Origin: Dehalococcoidia bacterium
GTDB taxonomy: Bacteria > Chloroflexota > Dehalococcoidia > UBA2979
Assembly: GCA_965262725.1 (NCBI GenBank)
Contig: OZ253555.1
Location: 2,304,001-2,368,000 of the forward strand
Direction: 5' to 3'
DNA: 64,000 nucleotides
Within the stretch, counting starts at the first letter, position 1, and every line of letters starts with the position of its first letter. The translations under genes were made by a program, and so were the position numbers. Below the pieces are notes generated by a model. It saw only the letters and a list, made by a program, of their open reading frames with translations, had not been told where the DNA came from and made no database searches. This document shows positions 8,909 through 19,364 of this stretch, one piece after another.

Positions 8909-9667
8909 ATGAGCGCGGAGGGGCCCCTGGCGGGCCGCATGGCGGTGGTGACGGGCGGATCCCGCGGAATCGGGCGGGCGATCGCGCTCGAGCTCGCGAG
9001 GCAGGGCGCCGATGTGCTCATCACCTACCGCACGAACTCGGCGCTCGCCGAGGCCGCGGCGAACGAGATCCGGCGGCTTCGCGTCGAGTGCACGGCGAGC
9101 GAGATGGACGTGCGCGACGACAACTCCGTCAGGCGCGTGTTCGAGGCGGCGCGGGCGCGCCACGGCGAGATCGACGTGCTCGTCAACAACGCCGGCGTGA
9201 CGGTCGACGGCCTGCTGATCCGGATGTCGCGGGACGACTGGGACACGGTCGTGGAGACGAATCTCACCGGTACCTTCCTCGCGACGCGTCTCGCCCTCCG
9301 CGGGATGATGCGCCGCCGCCGCGGCCGCATCATCAACATCACCTCGGTGGTGGGGCAGATCGGCAACGCCGGGCAGGCAAACTACGCGGCCGCGAAGGCG
9401 GGGATCATCGGGTTCACGCACGCCGTCGCGCGCGAGGTCGCCTCCCGCAACGTGACCGTGAACGCCGTCGCGCCCGGGTTCGTCGAGACCGACATGACCT
9501 CCGGGCTCTCCGAGCAGGTGAAGGAGACGATCCTCAAGCAGATCCCGATCGGGCGCTACGCCGACCCCGCCGAGGTGGCGGCCGTCGTCGCCTTCCTCGC
9601 CTCCGACCAAGCGTCTTACATCACCGGCCAGACGTTCAACGTCGACGGCGGACTGGTGATGCAGTAG
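8909..9667 (+). CDS. fabG: 3-oxoacyl-ACP reductase
   Basis: TGGSRGIG, VNNAGVT, GNAGQANYAAAKAG, NAVAPGFVETDMT. Confidence 0.95.
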   Translation: MSAEGPLAGRMAVVTGGSRGIGRAIALELARQGADVLITYRTNSALAEAAANEIRRLRVECTASEMDVRDDNSVRRVFEAARARHGEIDVLVNNAGVTVDGLLIRMSRDDWDTVVETNLTGTFLATRLALRGMMRRRRGRIINITSVVGQIGNAGQANYAAAKAGIIGFTHAVAREVASRNVTVNAVAPGFVETDMTSGLSEQVKETILKQIPIGRYADPAEVAAVVAFLASDQASYITGQTFNVDGGLVMQ

Positions 9668-9679
9668 CGGGAGGCGCTC

Positions 9680-10105
9680 GTGGCCACGCGCTCACGTCGC
9701 CGCTCGCGGATCGCCGCGTTCCAGGCGCTCTTCGAGGCGGATCTCTCGGGGCGCCCCACGGAGCAGGTGCTTGGCAGCGGATTGGCGGGCGCGCGCCTCA
9801 CGGAGGAGGCCACGGCGTTCGCGCGGGCGCTCGTCGTCGGCGTCACGGAGCGGCAGGACGAGATCGACGCCGTGATCACCGAGCACGCCCCGGCCTTCCC
9901 GCTCTCGGAGATGGCGCCGGTGGATCGCAGTGTGCTGCGCCTTGCTATCTATGAAGTGCTCTTTGATAATCGCCACGCTCCGCTCCGGGTCGCGATCAAC
10001 GAGGCCGTCGAGATCGCAAAGGGGTACGGGTCGGAATCCTCCGGCCGCTTCGTGAACGGAGTGCTTGGATCCGTCGCCCTGCAGGCGGCGGGCGAAACGC
10101 AATAG
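9680..10105 (+). CDS. nusB: Transcription antitermination factor NusB
   Basis: RRRSRIAAFQALF, VDRSVLRLAIYE, INEAVEIAKGYG, FVNGVLG. Confidence 0.95.
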   Translation: MATRSRRRSRIAAFQALFEADLSGRPTEQVLGSGLAGARLTEEATAFARALVVGVTERQDEIDAVITEHAPAFPLSEMAPVDRSVLRLAIYEVLFDNRHAPLRVAINEAVEIAKGYGSESSGRFVNGVLGSVALQAAGETQ

Positions 10106-10126
10106 GCACGGAGAGGGACTTGACTC

Positions 10127-10387
10127 GTGGCAACCGTTTTTGAACGTGTGCGCCTGCTCATCGTCGAGCAGCTGGGGGTGGAGGAGTCTCAGGTTGCGTC
10201 GAACGCTTCGTTCGTCGACGACCTGAACGCCGACTCGCTCGATCTGGTGGAGCTCATCATGTCGATCGAGGAGGAGTTCGGCGGCGACGACGCCAGCCTC
10301 GAGATCTCCGACGAGGATGCCGAGAAGATCCAGACCGTGCAGGACGCGGTCGACTACCTGCACGATCAAGGCGTCGAGGACGAGTAG
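10127..10387 (+). CDS. acpP: Acyl carrier protein
   Basis: [14 protein letters not shown] phosphopantetheine motif. Confidence 0.96.
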   Translation: MATVFERVRLLIVEQLGVEESQVASNASFVDDLNADSLDLVELIMSIEEEFGGDDASLEISDEDAEKIQTVQDAVDYLHDQGVEDE

Positions 10388-10393
10388 CACGCG

Positions 10394-10427
10394 CCCGCGG
10401 CCGCCGCCGCGCGCGGGCGGCCGCGGG
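10394..10427 (+). terminator. GC-rich hairpin downstream of acpP
   Basis: CCCGCGGCCGCC...GGCGGCCGCGGG 12-bp stem; no clear U-tract. Confidence 0.4.
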
Positions 10428-10460
10428 AACGGGCCGGCCCCCGCGGCGTATCATCGCTGA

Positions 10461-10811
10461 ATGGAACTCTTCGGCGTCGGCGCCATGGAGGCGCTGCTCG
10501 TCCTCGTCGTCGCGCTGATCGTCGTCGGACCGCGCCGCTTCCCCGAGATCGCGCGTCAGGGCGGGCGCTGGTACCGCGTCGCTCGCCGCTACGCGAGCGA
10601 GGTCACGCGGGACGTGCGCGGCGCCATGGAAGAGCTCAAGAGCGAGATCGAGGAGGAGAGCGAGGATCTGCGCTCGATCCGCGATCTCGGGGACGAGGTC
10701 GAGGCGGACCTCCGCGCGAGCACGCCTCCACTGGAGGACGCCGGGCCGGCGACAGGCCGAGCGGGCGGCGACGCCGCGCGGGCGCCTGATGAGGGCGGCT
10801 CCACTCGGTGA
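10461..10811 (+). CDS. tatB: Twin-arginine translocase TatA/TatB family subunit (TatB-like)
   Basis: FGVGAMEALLVLVVALIVVGPRRFPE plus amphipathic helix; overlaps tatC. Confidence 0.8.
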   Translation: MELFGVGAMEALLVLVVALIVVGPRRFPEIARQGGRWYRVARRYASEVTRDVRGAMEELKSEIEEESEDLRSIRDLGDEVEADLRASTPPLEDAGPATGRAGGDAARAPDEGGSTR

Positions 10812-11560
10812 CGACCGCGGATCAGGAGGAGCTGGCCGACGGCGGCAGCATGACGCTGCTGGAGCACCTCTCCGAGCTCCGGTCGCGCGTCACCTGGATG
10901 GCCGCGGCCGTCGCCGCCGGCTCCTTCGTCTTCTTCCTCCCGCCTATAGGCTTCCGGCTGATCGAGGTGCTCCTCGAGCCAGCGCGCGTCGCCATCGACG
11001 ACCCCACCTGGCGCCCGCAGTTCGTCGAACCGCTCGAGCTGATCGTCACGTTCTTTCAGGTCGGCCTGCTCGGCGGCGTCTCGGTCGCGATGCCCGTCCT
11101 CGTCTACCACGTGCTGCGCTTCGTGAGCCCCGCGCTCACCCGCAGCGAGCGCGTCTGGACACTGCCGATCGCCATCGGCGCTTCGATCTCGTTCCTGATC
11201 GGCCTCGCCTTCTGCTACTGGGTGGTGCTCCCGCTCACGCTCACCTTCCTCCTCACGTTCGGCGACGAGGTCGCGCAGGCCGACCTGCGGATCGGCAACT
11301 ACATCAACTTCGTCACGCGCCTGCTGCTCGTGCTCGGCCTCGTCTTCGAGACGCCGCTCGTGGTGATGGGTCTGGCGAAACTGCGCGTCGTCAGCGCCGG
11401 TCAGCTGCTCCGGCGCTGGCGCATCGCGGTGGTCGGCTCATTCCTCGTCTCGGCGATCGTGACGCCGACCATCGATCCGGTCACGCAGTCCCTGGTCGCG
11501 GGCCCGATGGTCCTTCTCTACTTCGTTGGTATCGGCCTCGCCTGGGTGGTGCGCCGCTGA
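10808..11560 (+). CDS. tatC: Twin-arginine translocase subunit TatC
   Basis: MTLLEHLSELRSR, FVSPAL, GLVFETP, AIVTPTIDPVTQ. Confidence 0.95.
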   Translation: MTTADQEELADGGSMTLLEHLSELRSRVTWMAAAVAAGSFVFFLPPIGFRLIEVLLEPARVAIDDPTWRPQFVEPLELIVTFFQVGLLGGVSVAMPVLVYHVLRFVSPALTRSERVWTLPIAIGASISFLIGLAFCYWVVLPLTLTFLLTFGDEVAQADLRIGNYINFVTRLLLVLGLVFETPLVVMGLAKLRVVSAGQLLRRWRIAVVGSFLVSAIVTPTIDPVTQSLVAGPMVLLYFVGIGLAWVVRR

Positions 11561-11660
11561 GCCCGGCGATTCTGCTCAGACGCCTACGCGGTTGATTGCC
11601 CGCTGAGGGGCGTCGCGGTAGCATGGCGACGGGGCACCCTCCCCGCGAGCCGAGGACTCC

Positions 11661-12320
11661 ATGGCCCTCCGCGAGTTGACCGTGCTCTACGAGGAGATCG
11701 CCGATTGCCCCAACTGCGCGCTCGCCCGGACACGAACGCAGACCGTACCGGGCACCGGGCCGGCGCCTGCGGACGTGATGTGCATCGGGGAGGCGCCCGG
11801 CGCGCGCGAGGACGAACTCGGCCAGCCCTTCGTCGGCCCGGCCGGTCGCTTCCTCGACGAGCTCCTCGGCGCCGCCGGCCTCACGCGGGAGAGTGTCTAC
11901 ATCGCCAACGTCGTGAAGTGCCGCCCGCCCGGAAACCGCGACCCCCAGCCGGAGGAGATCGCGGCCTGCCGCGGCTACCTGGAGCGGCAGATCACGCTCG
12001 TCGACCCGAAGGTGATCGTCACCCTCGGCCGCTTCTCGATGGCGGCCTGGTTCCCGGGCGAGAGTATCGGCCGTATCCACGGCCGGGCGCGACGCGTCGA
12101 CGGCCGGCTCGTCATCCCGATGTACCACCCCGCGGCGGCGCTTCACCGCGGCGACCTGCGCCCGGCGATCGTCGCCGACTTCCAGAAGCTCCCCGCCCTG
12201 ATCGCCTCCGCCTCGGGCGAGGGCCCGCCCGCGGAGAGCGCCGGAGAGCCCGAGCCGGGCGCGGCGCGAGCGGAGGAGGCAGTGCCGGCGCCTCCTCCTC
12301 CCCAGGCCCCCCTCCTGTGA
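11661..12320 (+). CDS. Uracil-DNA glycosylase, family 4 (Fe-S)
   Basis: [37 protein letters not shown]. Confidence 0.93.
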   Translation: MALRELTVLYEEIADCPNCALARTRTQTVPGTGPAPADVMCIGEAPGAREDELGQPFVGPAGRFLDELLGAAGLTRESVYIANVVKCRPPGNRDPQPEEIAACRGYLERQITLVDPKVIVTLGRFSMAAWFPGESIGRIHGRARRVDGRLVIPMYHPAAALHRGDLRPAIVADFQKLPALIASASGEGPPAESAGEPEPGAARAEEAVPAPPPPQAPLL

Positions 12321-12342
12321 TCGCCCGGCGGGAGGCGGGGCG

Positions 12343-13998
12343 ATGAGCGGCGCGCTGCGCGTGATCCCGCTCGGCGGGCTCGGCGAGATCGGGCGCAACA
12401 TGATGATCTACGAGTACGAGGGCGCGGCGATCGTCGTCGACGTGGGGCTCCTCTTTCCGGACGCGGAGCACCTCGGCGTCGACATCATCATCCCCGAGAT
12501 CAGCTACCTCAGGCGCGACCCGTCGCTGCTGCAGGCCGTCTTCCTCACGCACGGGCACGAGGACCACATCGGCGCGCTGCCCTTCCTCCTGCGGGAGATC
12601 AACGTGCCGGTCTTCTGCTCTGAGCTCACGCGGGGATTGATCGAGGTCAAGCTGCGCGAGCACCGGCTGCTCGACCAGACGCAGATCACCGTCCTCGCGC
12701 CCGGCCAGAGGGTGAACGTGGGGCCCTTCACCGTCGAGCCCTTCACGGTCTCGCACTCGATCCCGGATGCGGTCGGCTTCCTCGTCGAGACCCCGCTGGG
12801 GGACGTCGTGCACACCGGCGACTTCAAGATCGATCACACGCCCGTCATGGGCCAGCACACCGATCTCCCCCGCCTCGCCGAGGCGGGGGCCGACGGCGTT
12901 CTGCTGCTCGCCGCCGACTCCACCTACGCCGAGATCGAGGGGTACACGCCCTCCGAGCAGATCGTCGCCGACGCGCTCGACCGCGCCATCAGCTCCGCCG
13001 CCGGGCGCGTGATCGTGACGACATTCGCCTCGCTGATCTCGCGCGTGCAGATGGTGATCGACGCCGCGGAGCGCCACGATCGGCGAGTCTTCGTGACCGG
13101 GCGCTCCATGATGAACAACGTGAAGATGGCGCGCGACCTCGGCTATCTCCAGTGCAGCCCGGAGACGTTCATGAGCCAGCGCCAGCTGGCCTCCCAGCCC
13201 GACTCCAAGACGATCATCGTCTGCACGGGGTCCCAGGGGGAGCCGACCTCGGCCCTGACGCGCATGGCGCGCGGCACCCATCCCGTCGTCGCCATCGGCG
13301 ACGGCGACACCGTGATCCTCTCCTCCAATCCGGTGCCCGGGAACGAGAAGCAGGTCTACCGCAACATCGACGCGCTCTTCGAGCGCGGCGCCAACGTCAT
13401 CTACAACCGGCTCGCGTCCGTGCACGTCCGCGGCCACGCGGCGCGCGAGGAGCTCAAGATCGTCCACCGCATCGTGCAGCCCCAGTACTTCGTTCCGATC
13501 CACGGCGAGTACCGACACCTCGTGCTGCACCGCGAGCTCGCCATCGAGCTCGGCATGGAACCCGACGCCGCCGTCATCCTCACCGACGGCGACGTGCTGG
13601 AGATCGACGAAGACGGTGCGCGCGTCGTCGAGCGGGTCTCCTCCGACTACGTCTTCGTTGACGGGCTCGGTGTCGGCGACATCGACGAGTTCGTGCTGCG
13701 CGACCGCCAGCACCTCGCCACAGACGGCGTGCTGGTCGTGGTCGCCGCCGTCGACCGCCACACGGGGAGGCTCACACGGCCCCCGGAGGTGATGTCGCAC
13801 GGCTTCGTCGGCCCGGAGGAGGAGCCGGCTCTCCTCCAGGCGGTCGGCGATCTCGTCTCCGACATCATCGGGAGCAATCCCGCCGAGCGGCGTGACTGGG
13901 CCGAGCTCCACGACTCGCTGAAGGACGATGTGCTGATGCTCATGCAGAAGCGAACGCACCGTCGCCCGCTGGTGTTGCCGGTGATGCTGGAGGTGTAA
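12343..13998 (+). CDS. rnj: Ribonuclease J
   Basis: PLGGLGEIGRNM, THGHEDHIG, HTGDFKID, GSQGEP, HVRGHA, PIHGEYRH. Confidence 0.95.
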   Translation: MSGALRVIPLGGLGEIGRNMMIYEYEGAAIVVDVGLLFPDAEHLGVDIIIPEISYLRRDPSLLQAVFLTHGHEDHIGALPFLLREINVPVFCSELTRGLIEVKLREHRLLDQTQITVLAPGQRVNVGPFTVEPFTVSHSIPDAVGFLVETPLGDVVHTGDFKIDHTPVMGQHTDLPRLAEAGADGVLLLAADSTYAEIEGYTPSEQIVADALDRAISSAAGRVIVTTFASLISRVQMVIDAAERHDRRVFVTGRSMMNNVKMARDLGYLQCSPETFMSQRQLASQPDSKTIIVCTGSQGEPTSALTRMARGTHPVVAIGDGDTVILSSNPVPGNEKQVYRNIDALFERGANVIYNRLASVHVRGHAAREELKIVHRIVQPQYFVPIHGEYRHLVLHRELAIELGMEPDAAVILTDGDVLEIDEDGARVVERVSSDYVFVDGLGVGDIDEFVLRDRQHLATDGVLVVVAAVDRHTGRLTRPPEVMSHGFVGPEEEPALLQAVGDLVSDIIGSNPAERRDWAELHDSLKDDVLMLMQKRTHRRPLVLPVMLEV

Positions 13999-14054
13999 CC
14001 TCCCGGAGAGGCCGCCGCGCCCCGGCGGGGAGCGCGACGGCCGGGGGCGTGGAG

Positions 14055-16655
14055 ATGGCCGACACGCGCAAGCCCCGCAGCGGAGCGGCGCCACGCCGCG
14101 CCGTCGGCCGTCATCCGCGGCAGAGAGCAACGCCCGATATCCTGACCGTCGGTCGCCTGCTGGTGCGGCCCGCGGTGGCCGGCGCGGCGATCCTGATCCT
14201 CGCAGCGGTCGCCCTTCCCGGGGTGATCGCCCTTCCCGGCCGGTTGCTCGATGTCCGCGCCGAGGTGCTCGGCGCTCTGGGCGTGCACCAGGCGACGCTC
14301 GCGCTGCTGGCGGGCGGCGCCGGCGTTCTGCTCCTGCTCGGCGACCGCGGCCCGGGCCTGGGCGGCATGCTCTGGCGGCACCGGCGCCACACGCTGGGCG
14401 TTCTCTTGATGCTCGGATTCAGCTGGGGACTGCTCGGCATGTGGCAGCCTTCCCTCACCGTCGACGGCGTCGACCTCCAGGCCGCCTCCGCCGGCGGCGC
14501 GCTGGGCCGATCGCTCACAACCTGGCCGCGCCTGCTTCCGTGGCTCCTCTGCCTGCCGGCGGGATTCGCGCTGCTCTGGCCCAGGACCGCCACCGGCCTC
14601 GCACGGAGGACGCCGGGCGCTGCGGCCGTCGCGGCGCGCTCCGTCTGGCGGTGGAGGCTCGACAGGCGCGCCTGGCGGGGGCTGCGGGTGCTCGCGAGAG
14701 GTATCGGCCGCCTGCCGGCGCTGCTTCGGGCGTTCGTCGTGGCGCTGCAGCCCCGGATGCCGCGCGAGGAGCGCACCCGGATGAGCGGTCCCTCCTCGCT
14801 CACCGAGCTCGCCGGGCCTCCCGAGCCGACGCTGGTCTCCGTGCCGCGCGTCGCGGCGCCGCCCGTCGAGGAGCTGACGCCGACCGAGGACGGGGAGAGC
14901 GGTGGGGCGCCGGTGACGCAAATCGTGATGGATCTCGAACGCCCGGCCGGGGAGTGGAGGCACTCGGGCGACGGCTGGCAGCTCCCGCCCCTCTCCCTGC
15001 TCGAGGACGGAGCGGGTGCCACCAATTCGTCGACCGACAACGCACGGCGCGCGGAGCTCATCGTCCAGACGCTCGCCTCCTTCGGAGTCGACGCCTCGGT
15101 GGTGCAGGTCAACGAGGGCCCCACCGTCACCCAGTTCGGCGTGGAGCCGGGCTGGGACGTCCGCACGCGTTCGGTGCCGGAGCGCGACGCCCAGGGGCAG
15201 TCGGAGCTCGACGAGTCGGGGCAGCCCAGGGTGCGCATCGTCGAGACGGCGCGCACCCGTATCCGCGTCTCGCGCATCACGGCGCTCCAGAACGACCTCG
15301 CGCTGGCGCTCGCCGCGCCCTCGCTCCGCATCGAGGCGCCGGTGCCGGGAAAGCCGATCGTCGGCATCGAGGTGCCGAACCACACGGCAGCGTTGGTCTC
15401 GCTGCGCTCGGTGCTGGAGTCGCCGGTGTTCGCCAAGGCGCGCACGCGCGCCGCCCTCCCCGTCGCGCTCGGCGTCGGCGTCTCGGGCGAGCCCGTCGTC
15501 GCCGATCTCGCGACGATGCCGCACCTACTGATCGCGGGCGCCACCGGCGCCGGCAAGTCAGTGTGCCTCTCGGGGATCATCACGAGCCTCCTCATGAACT
15601 ACTCGCCGCAGGAGCTGCGGCTCGTCCTGATCGACCCCAAGCGTGTCGAGCTGACCCCCTTCGCGGAGGTCCCGCACCTCGCCTTCTCCGAGATCGTGGT
15701 CGACATGGACCGGGTGGTGGGAACGCTCCAGGCCGTCATCAACGAGATGGAGTCTCGCTACCGCCGCTTCGCGCAGGCCGGCGTCCGCAACATCGCCCGC
15801 TACAACGAACAACATGCCGCGCGGGCGCTTCCCTACTGGGTCGTCGTCGTCGACGAGCTCGCTGACCTGATGATGGCGGCGCCCTTCCAGGTGGAGGCAC
15901 AACTCGTGCGACTGGCGCAGCTGGCGCGCGCCACAGGCATCCACCTGGTGGTCGCGACTCAGCGCCCCTCCGTCGACGTGATCACGGGGCTGATCAAGGC
16001 GAACTTCCCCACCCGCATCGCCTTCGCCGTCGCCTCGCAGGTCGACTCGCGCACAGTGCTCGACCACGGCGGCGCCGAGAAGCTGCTCGGCCGCGGGGAC
16101 ATGCTCTTCCAGGCCCCCAACGCGCAGAAGCCGACCAGGCTGCAGGGCGTCTACGTCGCCGACGCCGAGATCGAGGCGGTGGCGGGCTTCTGGACGTCGG
16201 AGCGCTTCGCCTCGCTCGCTCCGGAGAAACACGACGGCCTGCTGCAGGAGGCGGCGCGACAGCTCTCCGAGGAGACGGAGGCCGCCGCAGTCGGGGGCCG
16301 CGGCGAGGAGGATGACCCGCTGCTCCCGCGGGCGACCGAGCTCCTGCGCGACCACCAGCGTGTCTCGATCAGCCTGCTCCAGCGCAAGCTCCGCATCGGC
16401 TACCCGCGTGCCGCCCGGCTGATGGACGAGCTGGAGCAGCGCGGCCTCGTTTCCGCCGCCGATGTCGGCGGCAGCTCGCGTGCCGTCCTTCTCCGCGCGG
16501 AGGCGCAGCCGGATCCCCCCGCCGGTGCCGAGACGGCCTCGCCCCTGCGGTCGGCCTCCCCGCCGTCGCCGGGGCCCGGACCGGCGGAGCCGCCTCCCGG
16601 GCGGGCTCCGGGGGCCGGCTACCCCGCCTTCCCGCGCCCCTTCGACGAGGAGTGA
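14055..16655 (+). CDS. ftsK: DNA translocase FtsK
   Basis: N-terminal TM helices; MPHLLIAGATGAGKS, IDPKRVEL, VDELADLMM, ATQRPSVDVITG; gamma domain LQRKLRIGYPRAARLMD. Start could be GTG 14049. Confidence 0.95.
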   Translation: MADTRKPRSGAAPRRAVGRHPRQRATPDILTVGRLLVRPAVAGAAILILAAVALPGVIALPGRLLDVRAEVLGALGVHQATLALLAGGAGVLLLLGDRGPGLGGMLWRHRRHTLGVLLMLGFSWGLLGMWQPSLTVDGVDLQAASAGGALGRSLTTWPRLLPWLLCLPAGFALLWPRTATGLARRTPGAAAVAARSVWRWRLDRRAWRGLRVLARGIGRLPALLRAFVVALQPRMPREERTRMSGPSSLTELAGPPEPTLVSVPRVAAPPVEELTPTEDGESGGAPVTQIVMDLERPAGEWRHSGDGWQLPPLSLLEDGAGATNSSTDNARRAELIVQTLASFGVDASVVQVNEGPTVTQFGVEPGWDVRTRSVPERDAQGQSELDESGQPRVRIVETARTRIRVSRITALQNDLALALAAPSLRIEAPVPGKPIVGIEVPNHTAALVSLRSVLESPVFAKARTRAALPVALGVGVSGEPVVADLATMPHLLIAGATGAGKSVCLSGIITSLLMNYSPQELRLVLIDPKRVELTPFAEVPHLAFSEIVVDMDRVVGTLQAVINEMESRYRRFAQAGVRNIARYNEQHAARALPYWVVVVDELADLMMAAPFQVEAQLVRLAQLARATGIHLVVATQRPSVDVITGLIKANFPTRIAFAVASQVDSRTVLDHGGAEKLLGRGDMLFQAPNAQKPTRLQGVYVADAEIEAVAGFWTSERFASLAPEKHDGLLQEAARQLSEETEAAAVGGRGEEDDPLLPRATELLRDHQRVSISLLQRKLRIGYPRAARLMDELEQRGLVSAADVGGSSRAVLLRAEAQPDPPAGAETASPLRSASPPSPGPGPAEPPPGRAPGAGYPAFPRPFDEE

Positions 16656-16839
16656 CGGCTCGGGCCGAGCCCGCCACCGCACCCGATCCGAAGCGGCACG
16701 GCGGACGTCCCCGGCCGCCGGAACCCGGCCCCGCTCGTGAGGCGGTGCACATCCGCGAGCGCCGATGCGACGACGCGCGAACGCGCGAGAGCCGACGACG
16801 CCCGCACGCGTGCGCGCCCGTCACGTCCTCTCCCCGATG

Positions 16840-16868
16840 TTGCCCCGCGCGTCCGTCGCTTCGATAAT
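16840..16868 (+). promoter_or_regulatory. Putative sigma70 promoter in the convergent ftsK-uvrB gap
   Basis: TTGCCC, 17-bp spacer, GATAAT. Confidence 0.45.
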
Positions 16869-16874
16869 GGATGT

Positions 16875-17099
16875 ACGCGGAGACGGACGCCGCGAATCGA
16901 CGGTGAGGAGGTGCCCTGCCCTTGGACAAGGAAGATCCGTCAACGGTGTCGCCCCCCGCCCTCTCAAGAACGGCGTAGCGGCACACCACCGGGCATCCGC
17001 CAGCGGGATGGACCGACCGTCACCGTGGCGGAGCCCCCTCGGCACCAGTCGTGGCGACACGGTCGCGCGTCGAGGCGGCACGGGCGACAAGAGATGAGA
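16875..17099 (+). ncRNA. Candidate rod-like structured RNA (6S-like?)
   Basis: Nested pairings 16911-16927/17069-17081, GTGTCGCC(16946)/GGCGACAC(17053) and TCCGCCA(16996)/TGGCGGA(17026), between a promoter and a hairpin. Confidence 0.35.
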
Positions 17100-17127
17100 G
17101 ACGGGCCCCGGACCTCCGGGGCCCGTC
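17100..17127. terminator. Perfect 12-bp hairpin; terminator for uvrB, possibly bidirectional
   Basis: GACGGGCCCCGG-ACCT-CCGGGGCCCGTC; pyrimidine tail TCTCATCTCTT on the minus strand. Confidence 0.65.
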
Positions 17128-17160
17128 GGCGTCCGGGGGGAGGGGCAGGGACGGAGCCGG

Positions 17161-19272
17161 TTAGCGCCGGCGGCGGCCGCGGCGCACGCCCCCCGTCCCC
17201 GACTCCGGCCGCTCGGGCGCAAGCCGCCGCAGCCCGGCCGGGGGCTCGCCCAGGAGCTCCCCCCGCAGCTCCATCACCTGGTCCCTGAGCAGCGCGGCGC
17301 GCTCGAACTCCAGATCGCGGGCGGCGTCGCGCATCTGGCGCTCCAGCTCGCTGATCAGGCGCTCCAGCTCCTCGCGCGGGAGATCTGAGGCGGCCGTGTA
17401 TGGCGCCGCCGACCGGTCGGCCGCGCGCAGCTGGTCGGTGATGTCCCGGATCGTCTTCTCGATCCCCTGGGGCGTGATGCCGTGCTCCTGGTTGTAGCCG
17501 TGCTGGAGTTCGCGCCGACGCTCCGTCTCGTCGAGAGCCCGGCGCATCGAGCCGGTGATTACGTCAGCGTAGAGGATCGCCTTTCCGCGCGGGTGCCGCG
17601 CGGCTCGCCCGATGGTCTGGATCAGCGAGCCGGAGGAGCGCAGGAATCCCTCCTTGTCGGCGTCGAGCACGCAGACGAGCGAGACCTCGGGGAGATCGAG
17701 TCCCTCGCGCAGCAGATTGATGCCGACGAGGACGTCGTACGAGCCGGTCCGCAGCTCCCGCAGGATGTCGACGCGCTCCAGGGTGTCGATCTCGGAGTGG
17801 AGGTACATCGCGCGCACGCCCATCTCCTGGAGGTAGTCGGTGAGGTCCTCGGCCATCTTCTTGGTGAGGGTCGTGACGAGTGTGCGCTCACCGCGCTCCG
17901 CGCGCGCCGTCACCTCGGCGTGGAGGTCGTCGATCTGCGCGCGCGTGGGGCGAACCTCGAGCTCCGGATCGGGCAATCCCGTCGGGCGAATCAACTGCTC
18001 GACGACCTGCGTCGAGCCCGCGAGCTCGTAGGATCCGGGGGTCGCCGAGACGTAGACGACCTGGTTCAGGTGCCCCTCGAACTCCTCGAACGAGAGCGGG
18101 CGGTTGTCGAGCGCCGAGGGGAGGCGGAAGCCGAATTCGACCAGCGTCGACTTGCGGGAGATGTCGCCCTTGTACATCCCCCCGATCTGCGGCACGGACA
18201 CGTGCGACTCGTCGACGAAGAGCAACCAGTCATCCGGGAAGTAGTGGAGCAGCGTCCACGGCGTCGAGCCGGGCGTCCGCGCCTGGAGATGGCGCGAGTA
18301 GTTCTCGATCCCCGAGCAGTACCCGACCTCTTGCAGCGTCTCGAGGTCGTAGCGCGTGCGCTCCTCGAGCCGCTGCGCTTCCAGAAGCTTCCCGCTCGCC
18401 CGCAGCTCGCCCAGTCTCCGCCCGAGCTCATCCCGGATCGTCTCGATCGCCTGCTCGAGTCGCTGCTCAGAGGTGACAAAGTGCTTCGCCGGGTAGACCG
18501 CGGTGCTCTCCACGTCGCCCAGAAGCTCGCCGGTCAGGGGATCGAGCTGGGCGATGCGCTCGATCTCGTCGCCCCAGAAGTCCACGCGCAGGGCCGTGTC
18601 GTCGTAGGCGGGGAAGATCGTCAGCGTGTCGCCGCGGACGCGGAACCGCCCGCGCTCGGGGCTGACGTCGTTGCGCTCGTACTGCATCGCGATCAGCTGG
18701 CGCACGAGCGAGGTGCGGTTCACCCGTCGTCCGCGGTAGAGGCGCATCACGAAGGACTGGTACTCCCCCGGCTCCCCCAGTCCGTAGATGCACGACACGG
18801 AAGCGACGATGATCACGTCCCGCCTCTCGAAGAGCGAGCGAGTGGCCGCGTGCCGCATCTTGTCGATCTCGTCGTTTATGTCCGCGTCCTTCGCGATGTA
18901 GGTGTCGCTGCGCGGGATGTACGCCTCCGGCTGGTAGTAGTCGTAGTAGGAGACGAAGTACTCCACGGCGTTGTGCGGGAAGAAGTCGCGGAACTCCGCG
19001 ACCAGCTGGGCGGCGAGCGTGCGATTGGGAGCGAGCACGAGCGTCGGCTGCTGCCGCTCGGCGATCACGTTCGCCATGGTGAAGGTCTTCCCCGAGCCGG
19101 TGACGCCGAGCAGCGTCTGGGCGCGGTCGCCGCGGTTGAGGCCCGCGAGGAGGCGCGCTATCGCCTCCGGCTGGTCGCCCGTCGGTCGAAAGTCGGAGAC
19201 GAGCTCGAAGGCCCGTCCCTCGCCGCTGGCAAGAGGGGCGGCGGCGGCTGTTTCCCTGGGCGGTGCGGACAC
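17161..19272 (-). CDS. uvrB: Excinuclease ABC subunit B
   Basis: [54 protein letters not shown]-terminal UVR domain; start approximate. Confidence 0.97.
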   Translation of the reverse strand: MSAPPRETAAAAPLASGEGRAFELVSDFRPTGDQPEAIARLLAGLNRGDRAQTLLGVTGSGKTFTMANVIAERQQPTLVLAPNRTLAAQLVAEFRDFFPHNAVEYFVSYYDYYQPEAYIPRSDTYIAKDADINDEIDKMRHAATRSLFERRDVIIVASVSCIYGLGEPGEYQSFVMRLYRGRRVNRTSLVRQLIAMQYERNDVSPERGRFRVRGDTLTIFPAYDDTALRVDFWGDEIERIAQLDPLTGELLGDVESTAVYPAKHFVTSEQRLEQAIETIRDELGRRLGELRASGKLLEAQRLEERTRYDLETLQEVGYCSGIENYSRHLQARTPGSTPWTLLHYFPDDWLLFVDESHVSVPQIGGMYKGDISRKSTLVEFGFRLPSALDNRPLSFEEFEGHLNQVVYVSATPGSYELAGSTQVVEQLIRPTGLPDPELEVRPTRAQIDDLHAEVTARAERGERTLVTTLTKKMAEDLTDYLQEMGVRAMYLHSEIDTLERVDILRELRTGSYDVLVGINLLREGLDLPEVSLVCVLDADKEGFLRSSGSLIQTIGRAARHPRGKAILYADVITGSMRRALDETERRRELQHGYNQEHGITPQGIEKTIRDITDQLRAADRSAAPYTAASDLPREELERLISELERQMRDAARDLEFERAALLRDQVMELRGELLGEPPAGLRRLAPERPESGTGGVRRGRRRR

Positions 19273-19364
19273 GGATCGTCCCCTGCCCCGGCCTGATCGT
19301 CCCGGCCGCGGCGCGGCCGGCGAGGCCTCCTGCGGTGCCCAGTGTAGCGCGCCGGCGAGCACGC

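Noticed and set aside
16905-16935. GGTGCCCTG as the Alu domain of a large SRP RNA, or as a cobalamin riboswitch
   Set aside because: The SRP helix-8 signature and the B12-box are absent, and no gene lies downstream on this strand
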